Shown one piece after another: positions 54,244 through 62,381 of a DNA stretch of 62,381 nt. The notes under the pieces were generated by a model. That model saw only the letters and a program-made list of their open reading frames with translations. It searched no databases and was not told the DNA's origin. The DNA lies in NCBI GenBank assembly GCA_963810095.1, contig CAWEMM010000005.1, positions 1-62,381 of the forward strand, in the 5' to 3' direction. How positions within the stretch are numbered: position 1 is the stretch's first letter; each line of letters begins with the position of its first letter. The stretch comes from an uncultured Chloroflexia bacterium. Lineage in GTDB: Bacteria; Chloroflexota; Anaerolineae; CG2-30-64-16. The translations under genes were made by a program, and so were the position numbers.

Positions 54244-54477
54244 TTACCTCGAGACTTGCGAGCGGCGGGAGGCCACTTTCGCCTTGCCGGCTTCCTTCTG
54301 CCGCCGCAGATGTTTCCGCTGTCCCTTTGACAGCCCGTCTGGCTCGGCGCCAATCCTCACACCGCCGAATGGGGTCGAAGCGATCCCGGTCGGTCGGGGG
54401 GCGGGCGCCGCTTCCGGTATCGTCGCCCTTCCTGTTTCGAGCTTTTCCTCAGCCTGGTCCTTCGTCTCTGCCATCAA
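54244..54477 (-). CDS. Small basic-tailed protein; paralog of 49809-50018
   Basis: LSKGQRKHLRRQKEAG; RBS GGAGGGAG; 3 nt from the AI-2E gene. Confidence 0.6.
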   Translation of the reverse strand: MMAETKDQAEEKLETGRATIPEAAPAPRPTGIASTPFGGVRIGAEPDGLSKGQRKHLRRQKEAGKAKVASRRSQVSR

Positions 54478-54745
54478 TCTCCCTCCACTCCTGTTGGGTC
54501 GCCAATTCAGCGCACAGCTGTCGCTACCAGACCTACTTTAGCTCACTCGCGGGGTCTTGTCGTCAGCACAAGCGATGGGCTTCTCCCCGACATATGCTGC
54601 TACTGAGGGGACAGGTGCGTCTACTTTTGTTGTGCTACATTTGAGGCAGGCACAGGCGACCGACAGAACGCGGGTAAGGGTCTACATGGAGGAGATCGGG
54701 CCCGGCACGAGCATTCATGCGAATCGCTCCAACAAATGGCGCCTG

Positions 54746-55033
54746 TTAGCTGTCGATCGCATCGCCGGCTGGCTCGCGGCGGCCGATCGTCGTGCCACTG
54801 GAGACCTGAAGCCCGGTGAAATCCCGAGGTGTCGTGTTCGCCCCAATGCAGCAGTTGCGACCGATGACGGTGCCAGCGGGTAGGCGGGCGCGCTTTCCGA
54901 CGACGGTGATGCCGGTGTCCTGGTTCGAGGCTCCACTCCCCGACGTTGCCGGCCAGCTCCAACGCGGCGTACCAGCAGATCCGGGACCTCCCTTACCTAG
55001 CTTTTCTTTCAGTGTGGCCAGCACGTCCGGCAC
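54746..55033 (-). CDS. Mini-protein resembling the GlgC C-terminal beta-helix tail
   Basis: TGITVVGKRARLPAGTVIGRNCCIG. Confidence 0.45.
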   Translation of the reverse strand: MPDVLATLKEKLGKGGPGSAGTPRWSWPATSGSGASNQDTGITVVGKRARLPAGTVIGRNCCIGANTTPRDFTGLQVSSGTTIGRREPAGDAIDS

Positions 55034-55084
55034 AAGAACCCCTTAGTGTCACGATCCGTTCGCTTCGCCGACGCTCGGACCGGG

Positions 55085-58015
55085 TCAGTCGGACAGGATG
55101 ACCTCCACCTGATGCTGAGCGCCGTCATCGTGCAGTTCGACAAGGTTGCCCTCGGTGTTCTGGCCATCCACGGTCATGCCCGCCCGACCCGCGCCAGCAG
55201 TCCGCCTCTCGTTGCGCACCCGGATGTGATACGTCGCCTTGCCGTGGCGATAGTCGGCCTCGTAGCCGGGCCAAGCTGGCGGGATGCGCGGCTCGATGAC
55301 TAGTCCTGGTGCGGTGCAGCGCAGGCCGAGAATCCCTTCCAGTCCGAGGCGGTACATCCAGGCCGCCGAGCCCGTGTACCAGGTCCATCCGCCGCGGCCG
55401 GCGTGCGGCGCGACACTGTACACATCCGCCGCGATCACGTAGGGCTCGACCTTGTAGCGGTCGACGTCGACGGGAGTCTCCGCATGGTGGATCGGGTTGA
55501 GCATGCGGAAGAGGCTTTCCGCCGTTTCCGCCCAGCCCAGCTCAGCGCAGGCCCACGCACTCCACACAGCCGCATGCGTGTACTGGCCTCCGTTCTCTCG
55601 GGTGCCCGGTACATACCCCTTGACATACCCGGGGTCGCGCGGCGTCCTATCGAAAGGCGGGGTGAACAGCAGAATCAGGCGGTCGTCCACGCGCACCAGG
55701 CGTTCGAGCACAGCTTGCATGGCCCGCTCCGCGCTGGCAGGATTCCCAGCCTGCGATAACACTGCCCATGACTGCGCGATGCCGTCGATCTGGCACTCGA
55801 CGTTCGTGCTCGAGCCCAGTGGCGTCCCGTCGTCGTAGAAGGCGCGGCGATACCAGTCGCCGTCCCAGCCGTTCTGCTCCAGGGCCAGCTGCAGCGCCGC
55901 GGCTCGGTCGCGATAGCCCTTGCCCTGTGTGGTGTCGCCCTGGCGCTCCACCAGGGCTGCAAAACGCACCAGCGTCGCGTACAGGAACCAGCCGAGCCAG
56001 ACGCTCTCACCTCGGCCTGCGGTGCCGACGCGATTCATGCCGTCATTCCAATCCCCGCTCCCCATCAGTGGCAGGCCGTGGCTGCCTGGGGTCGACCCGC
56101 GATCGAGCGCCCGGCGGCAATGGTCCATCAGGCTGGCACTTCCTGCCGCCGTGGGGTAGTGCCCGTAGCGGTCCTCTTCGTTCGCTGCAAGCGGGAGCGC
56201 ATGCAGGAAGGGGGCCCGCTCGTCCAGGATGGAAACGTCACCCGTGGCTTCAACATAATGGGCCGTAACAAACGGCAGCCACAGCAGGTCGTCTGAACAG
56301 CGCGTGCGCACTCCCCGGCCTGAGGGGGGGTGCCACCAATGCAGCACGTCGCCTGCCTCAAACTGGCGTCCGGCCGCGTTAAGGATCTGTTCGCGGGCCA
56401 GCGCCGGCGCCGCATGAATCAGCCCCATGACATCCTGCAGTTGGTCTCGGAAACCGAATGCGCCGCTCGATTGGTAGAATCCGGTGCGCCCCCACACCCG
56501 GCAGGAGAGGCTCTGGTAGAGCAGCCACCGGTTCAGAAGCAAGTCCATGGCCGGTTCCGGCGTGCGAACCTGCACCGCAGTCAGGAGATCGTTCCAGAAG
56601 CCGTTCGAAGCCTGCCATGCCTGTTCAACGGCGTCCGGCTCCTGGAAGCGGCGCGCCAAGGCGATCGCTTCTGCTCGATCCTCGCCCTGGCCGAGCAGGA
56701 ACCAGATTTCGTCGCTGCCGCCCGGTGCCAGATCGATGTGCAACTGGAGCACAGCACACGGATCGAGACCGGCCTGGACGACGCCGCTCAAACCGATGCG
56801 GCCCAGGGCGGCAGGGCGTTGTAGCGTGCCACCGCGGCCAAGAAACTCGCTGCGATCCGTTGTCAGGCCGTGGAGCCGGCGGTTCGGCGCCGCGAACGCA
56901 ACGCGCTCGCCAAACTCGGGATGCCAGGGATTGAACGCCAGTAGCGCTTGGCTGCTTTCGTCAAAATCGGGCGTGACATATTGCGACTCCGCGGCGCGCA
57001 TTGTCCCAAGCACCCATTCCGCATAGAAGGTGGCGGTGATCCGCCGCGGCAGCTCCGTCGCGTTTTCCAACCGCAAGTGGATGATCTTGACCGGTGCGTC
57101 AGGCGGGACGAAAAGCCGCAAGCGCTGCCGGAGCCCGTGGCTGTTGTGTTCGAAACTGGTCGAACCGGCACGGTGCCGCACCAGATAGGCCAGGTCGCTC
57201 CCGGCCGGTTGCGGCGACGGGGTCCAGACCTCCGCCGTTTCCTCGTCGCGCAGGTAAAGCACCTCGCCCGGTGGATCGGTGACGGGGTCATTCGACCAGG
57301 GCGTCAGCCTATTCTCGCCGCTGTTCAGTGACCACGTGTAACCGCTGCCCGACTCCGAGACGAGGAACCCAAACGAAGGATTGGCCACTACGTTCACCCA
57401 GGGCACCGGAGGCAGTCGCCCGCGATCGAGGTAGATAATGTACTCCTCGCCATCAGGGCTGAAGCCCCCGAGGCCGTTATCAAAGCTCAGCCCGTCCGGC
57501 CGTGTAACCGGTGCGAGGGACAGCGACGCTACCTCGCCCGGAGGGGTTGGCGCAAAGGGCGGTAGCTGTGCCGGCAGCCGGCGCAGCAGCGCCAGCGCAT
57601 CGGTCAAGTCTCTCGAATCGGCATCCAAAACCACGCGTGCCGCGGTCTGCAACAAGATGTCGTCGCCTTCATTCAGCTGCTGGGCTTGCACGATGAAGAT
57701 GCCGCCGCGCCGATTGACCCAGATCTCGCTGTCCGTCTGCACCAGGAGGCGCTGAATCTGGTCGCGCAGTTCTTGATTGTAGCCGGACGGCTGCATGTTG
57801 AGAATCACCAGGTCGATCTTCAGGCCACGCTTGCGCCAGTACGCATGGGCCTGCACCAACTCCCGGATGACCGCCAAGCGCTCTTCGCCAGAGATTCGTA
57901 CGAGAAGGATCGGGTAGTCGCCTGAAATCCCATATGCCCACAGGCCAGGCTGGCCGCGTGTGTTCGCAGCCAGGAGCGACGGCTCTGCTCGTAAGCCCTG
58001 ATAGGGGTAAAGCAA
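55085..58015 (-). CDS. GH94 region of a cyclic beta-1,2-glucan synthase/phosphorylase (NdvB-like); 5' part cut off at the junction
   Basis: LWAYGISGDYPI, NGLGGF, ENRLTPWSNDP, YQSSGAFGFRDQLQD, GDWNDGMN, ENGGQYTH, WTWYTGSA. Confidence 0.9.
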   Translation of the reverse strand: MLYPYQGLRAEPSLLAANTRGQPGLWAYGISGDYPILLVRISGEERLAVIRELVQAHAYWRKRGLKIDLVILNMQPSGYNQELRDQIQRLLVQTDSEIWVNRRGGIFIVQAQQLNEGDDILLQTAARVVLDADSRDLTDALALLRRLPAQLPPFAPTPPGEVASLSLAPVTRPDGLSFDNGLGGFSPDGEEYIIYLDRGRLPPVPWVNVVANPSFGFLVSESGSGYTWSLNSGENRLTPWSNDPVTDPPGEVLYLRDEETAEVWTPSPQPAGSDLAYLVRHRAGSTSFEHNSHGLRQRLRLFVPPDAPVKIIHLRLENATELPRRITATFYAEWVLGTMRAAESQYVTPDFDESSQALLAFNPWHPEFGERVAFAAPNRRLHGLTTDRSEFLGRGGTLQRPAALGRIGLSGVVQAGLDPCAVLQLHIDLAPGGSDEIWFLLGQGEDRAEAIALARRFQEPDAVEQAWQASNGFWNDLLTAVQVRTPEPAMDLLLNRWLLYQSLSCRVWGRTGFYQSSGAFGFRDQLQDVMGLIHAAPALAREQILNAAGRQFEAGDVLHWWHPPSGRGVRTRCSDDLLWLPFVTAHYVEATGDVSILDERAPFLHALPLAANEEDRYGHYPTAAGSASLMDHCRRALDRGSTPGSHGLPLMGSGDWNDGMNRVGTAGRGESVWLGWFLYATLVRFAALVERQGDTTQGKGYRDRAAALQLALEQNGWDGDWYRRAFYDDGTPLGSSTNVECQIDGIAQSWAVLSQAGNPASAERAMQAVLERLVRVDDRLILLFTPPFDRTPRDPGYVKGYVPGTRENGGQYTHAAVWSAWACAELGWAETAESLFRMLNPIHHAETPVDVDRYKVEPYVIAADVYSVAPHAGRGGWTWYTGSAAWMYRLGLEGILGLRCTAPGLVIEPRIPPAWPGYEADYRHGKATYHIRVRNERRTAGAGRAGMTVDGQNTEGNLVELHDDGAQHQVEVILSD

Positions 58016-58056
58016 CGCGGATATAAAGCGTTCTCATTCTTGTACTTTTAACAATT

Positions 58057-59525
58057 ATGTCGGATCTGAATGCTCAGAGAGCGATATACAGGATGACCAC
58101 TGACATCCCTGCTTCGATCACAACGCCCGACAGTGTAACAACATCGATTGGTACACTGAGGTTTTTTGACGGCTTTCCCGATGCTCCTACTGTTCAGAAG
58201 GTTTATGACAACCTTAATTTCCAGCGCGGCGTGCAGGCATTCCTGACAGCTTTGCCAGCTGCATCGATGTTTGCAACAAGAGAAGGTTACCGCACTTTTG
58301 GACCGGAAAACAAGACCATCCTTATTGCTGAATCCTTCCTCGATTCCCGAACCTTGTACCTTGTGGCGAACAGTGAGACAATCTACCTGACAGTCTGGGC
58401 AAACACCAAAGATGGTCCGCTGGTCATTGATGCACCACCCGACATGCTCGGATTCATAGATGACTTTTGGTGCCGTTATGTTATTGACATAGGCAGAACT
58501 GGCCCGGATAAGGGCAAAGGAGGAAAATATCTCCTTCTACCTCCAGGCATACAGGAGATATTCCGGGCGGATACTTCATCGCACGCTCGCCCACCTTTGG
58601 GAACTTTGTCTGGTTGAGGGGCTTTATCCATGACGGTGACAAAGAAGCCACTGTGAAAAATATGAAAAAATACTTTCGTATTTACCCGCTGGCACAGGCA
58701 GCAAATCCACCCAAAATGAATTTTATTAACATGTCCGGTAAATATTACAGCGTGATTCCTGCAAACGATGCGTCCTTCTTCGATGGGGTGAACCAGGATC
58801 CAGGAGGAGCCACTCGATGCAGTTGACCCGGAAACACGAGGCTTACTTGCATCCATCGGTATCCGGAAAGGAAAACCTTTCTCACCTGATTCACGCTTAA
58901 AAGGTATCCTTGCTGATGCTGCTGCAGTAGGCAATGCAACAGCCCGCACAATTCTCTTCGACACACGCGACAAAGGTGCTACATATACAAGGACAGTAGG
59001 TGGAAAGTGATTTTTTGGAGCGATGACTATAATTTTTCGCCGGGCGGGGTGCTCGATCTCGATGCACGGACCTATACCTTTTACGGGGGTACAGGGATCT
59101 CCCCTGCGACGATGGTGAAAATGGTAGGAGCCGGCTCACAATATGCCATTACCGAACATGATGCTTCGGGTCAATACCTGGACGGTGCAAAGAATTACAG
59201 TCTTCATCTCCCGCCAAACGTACCGGTAAAGGACTTCTGGTCCTTGATTATCTATGATCCTCAGACGCGCTCCATGTTGCAGACTGACCAAAAGTCTCCC
59301 GGCACAGGCAGTCAGAGAAAAGGACTAGTCATTAATCCCGATCAGTCTGTGGATATTTATTTTGGTCCGGTTGCCCCTTCCGGCATGGAAAATAACTGGA
59401 TTCAGACCATCCCTGGCAAAGGATGGTTCGCCATGCTTCGACTCTATGGCCCGCTCGAACCCTGGTTGATAAGAAATGGCGGCCGGGGGAGATTGAATTG
59501 GTCAAATAATGACGATTGGTTATAA
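58057..59525 (+). CDS. DUF1254/DUF1214 domain protein, frameshifted
   Basis: GTLRFFDGFP, ANSETIY, GPDKGKGGKYL, GSQY, PVKDFWS, NWIQT, LRLYGP; split over several ORFs. Confidence 0.8.
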
Positions 59526-59652
59526 ACTCCTGGAGTCAAGGCAACCATTTTGAATTTCCGGGTTTATCATTTGAGATTCACTCTTATTTCTGTTCTTATA
59601 ATTCAGGTATAACGATCCAAAACAATACATTTAATTTCAAATTCATTTAGAT

Positions 59653-61321
59653 ATGAAGGAATTATTGTCTTCGGTTATATTCCTGTTTGCGATAGCAGGT
59701 TTTTCGCAACAAATACCACAGAAATATTTCGTTGCATTCACTGATAAGAATGGAACGCCATATTCAATAACCAATCCCCAGGCATTCCTGACGCAAAGGG
59801 CAATCGACCGGAGGGCAGCTCAGGGAATTCCCATCATTGAGGAAGATCTGCCGGTAAATCCGACATATGTTGCTGGTGTCCAGCTATAGGTGTCCAGTTT
59901 TTACCCGTTGCAAATGGTTTAATGGCATCACAGTAGAGGTTAATGATGATGCGGTATTATCATCAATCCAGGCGCTTCCCTTCGTACAAAGTGTTACAAG
60001 GGTTACTTCATATAATTCAAAAAAGGGGCCCGAAATGGATTGGAAATGCTTACGCGAGGAAGAACTTCGGGAAACCGGGGGTAACGAGGTAAACCAACCG
60101 CCGGCTTCATCTATGAATTATAATTATGGACCATCATTTAATCAAATCCATATGCTGAATGGGGATCTTCTTCATGATATGGGTTACCGGGGCCAGGGGA
60201 AAGTCATTGCGGTACTCGATGGAGGTTTTAAACATGTAGATACAGAGCCATGCTATGACAGTCTTTGGGCAAACAATCAAATTCTTGGAACCCGGGATTT
60301 TGTGAATCCCGGCGGAAATGTCTTTCAGGAAAACAGCCATGGAACGGCTGTTCTGTCAACCATGGGATGCTGTATTCCGGGTGCATTGATCGGTACGGCC
60401 CCTAAAGCATCTTACTGGCTTATCCGGACAGAGGACATGAATAGCGAGAATATTGTCGAGGAATACAATTGGGTAGCTGGAGTGGAAATGGCTGACAGTG
60501 TCGGTGCCGATGTGATCAATTCTTCAGTCGGATATACCACATTCGATAACGGTTGGATGAACCATACCTGCGAAGATATGAACGGTTACACAAACCCTTC
60601 GACCAGAGGGGCAAATATTGCAGCAAATAAAGGAATGGCGCTAAGTATAGCTGCCGGCAACGATGGTGGTTCCTCCTGAACATGTGTCAGTTCACCATCA
60701 GATGCGCTGGAAGCATTGAGTATTGCCGGAACGGATGCTTCAGGCAATTATGCTTATTTTAGTTCCACAGGAATTGTTAACGGAAATTATGTAAAGCCCA
60801 ACATTGCTGCGCAGGGGCTATATCCATGGGTTGCATATCCCGACAGCGCAATGGGTGGCGGAATCGGCACTTCATTTTCCTCTCCTATTAATGCCGGAAT
60901 GATAGCTTGTTTGTGGCAGGCAAGGCCTAACCTTGATCAACACGCGTTACGGATGGTGATCCAGGAAAGCGCGAGCCAGTTTGCAAATCCGGATATTTAT
61001 CTGGGCTATGGAATCCCGGATTATTATAATGCCCTGACCATTACGAAAGTCATCGAACACAGGGAGAACGGTTTCCAGGTCTATCCAAACCCGTTTTCAG
61101 ATTCTTTTACCATATTATCAGGCTCTGCTATGTCAGGAAATGTGGAGATCAGTCTTATTTCCATTACCGGCCAGATTATTCAGAAGAGAGACAGGACAAT
61201 CGCTGCAGGTGAGAGCAGTCCCATCATCATAAACGATCTTTCATTGATAAAACCTGGAATATATCTTCTGAAAATTTCATCCGGAGGTGCTGTAGCGTAT
61301 AGGCAATTGATAAAATTGTAA
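59653..61321 (+). CDS. Secreted S8 (subtilisin-like) peptidase with T9SS C-terminal domain; one frameshift and one internal TGA
   Basis: Signal peptide; IAVLDGG, SHGTAVLS, AAGNDG, GTSFSSP; VYPNPF...GIYLLKI. Confidence 0.85.
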
Positions 61322-61339
61322 AGAGAAATAACAGTAGTT

Positions 61340-62364
61340 ATGAAACGCCCGGTTTACATACTTATGTTGTTTTTCTGTCTGACAATTGACCTCTCTGCTC
61401 AATGGGAACGAGTTACCACGGTTCCCTTTGGCGGCAATGATTATTCTTTAGCCGTCAGCGGAAACACTATTTATCATGGGACATTCTTTGGGCTCTTTCG
61501 TTCTTTAGATAGTGGAAGCACATGGTCAACGATAAATTTTGGAGCAGTCGACTCTTGTGTAAAAACAATAATTATTGTCGGGAATTTCATTTACCTGGGC
61601 ACTCCAGCGGAAGGAGTATTTGTTTCCGGTGATGCAGGCCTTACATGGGAAGCCAGAAACAACGGGCTTACCAACGTGGCTATTCATTGTTTCACTTTTG
61701 CAGGATCAAGTTTATTTGCAGCCACCGATGGTGGTGTATTTGTATCTGATGATGAAGGTACTTCCTGGGCATCAGTGAATACCGGGATCACAAATCCGGA
61801 GATCAGGACCATTACGAACCTCGGTGGAGTTTTATTTGCCGGAGTTACGGCAGTGGAGTATATTGTTCAAATAATAATGGTCAAGCCTGGACCGTGAAAA
61901 ATAACGGGCTTGGTTCATGGTATATAACCCACCTTTTTACTTATGGAACTATAATTTTTGCGGGCACGAATGGAGGAATGTATAAATCAACCGACAATGG
62001 AAATACGTGGGAAAATGCAAACCTTGGTGAGCCAGGAGTTTTGTGTTCCATATCGGATAATGGCTTTCTCTATATCGGGACGAATGGATCAGGTGTTTAT
62101 TATTCATCGGATAACGGTGACACATGGACAGGGTGGAATGACGGTTTTCAGAATCAAAATGTATACTGTCTGGGAGTATGCGGTGATGAGATTTTTTCAG
62201 GTTTATGCTGTGGTTTTGGATTATGGAAAAGAGAACAACTCAGTGTCGGTATATACAAAAAGAATCACTCTGATAACCTGTTGATATTCCCCACCCCGGC
62301 CATTGATATGTTATATTACAGTTATTCCGGTAATAATTCCCTTAAATATACTTTGATTCTGTGA
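61340..62364 (+). CDS. Secreted BNR/beta-propeller repeat protein with probable T9SS tail, frameshifted
   Basis: Signal peptide; repeated SxDxGxTW motifs; IFPTPA near the end. Confidence 0.75.
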
Positions 62365-62381
62365 ACCTATCCGGAGAGGTT

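Noticed and set aside
60677-60679. TGA recoding (Trp or Sec) in the S8 peptidase
   Set aside because: Single instance at a likely Trp position, other Trp codons are TGG, and the region has other errors; a TGG-to-TGA error or mutation is simpler

Overview
Bases 1 to about 58020 are GC-rich DNA whose gene families suggest a Chloroflexota-like host (inference). At about 58020 it joins abruptly to ~4.3 kb of AT-richer, Bacteroidota-like DNA. The GC-rich part is divided into three cargo blocks by two diverged ~570-bp direct repeats (about 15961-16529 and 47042-47611). Each repeat carries a near-consensus sigma70 promoter, the 3' half of a tRNA-Pro(CGG), a terminator and an array of inverted ~13-bp boxes. 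No integrase or intact tRNA is visible, so this looks like a tandem array of non-autonomous tRNA-integrated cargo modules. Block 1 (1-15.9 kb) holds two MalT-type LuxR regulators bracketing a putative organosulfur operon: a DszB-like desulfinase, a rhodanese, two CoA-disulfide-reductase-rhodanese paralogs, a nitroreductase, a BASS transporter and a Zn-dehydrogenase. It also has a shared CTACACC promoter box. Block 2 (16.5-47 kb) is a dense mosaic of about 35 small detox/resistance-type genes and gene fragments. Block 3 (47.6-58 kb) holds a decayed toxin-antitoxin pair, response regulators, CsbD, two AI-2E permeases and a truncated GH94 enzyme. Many single-base frameshifts probably reflect sequencing error. 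All family calls are from motif recognition only; no searches were run.
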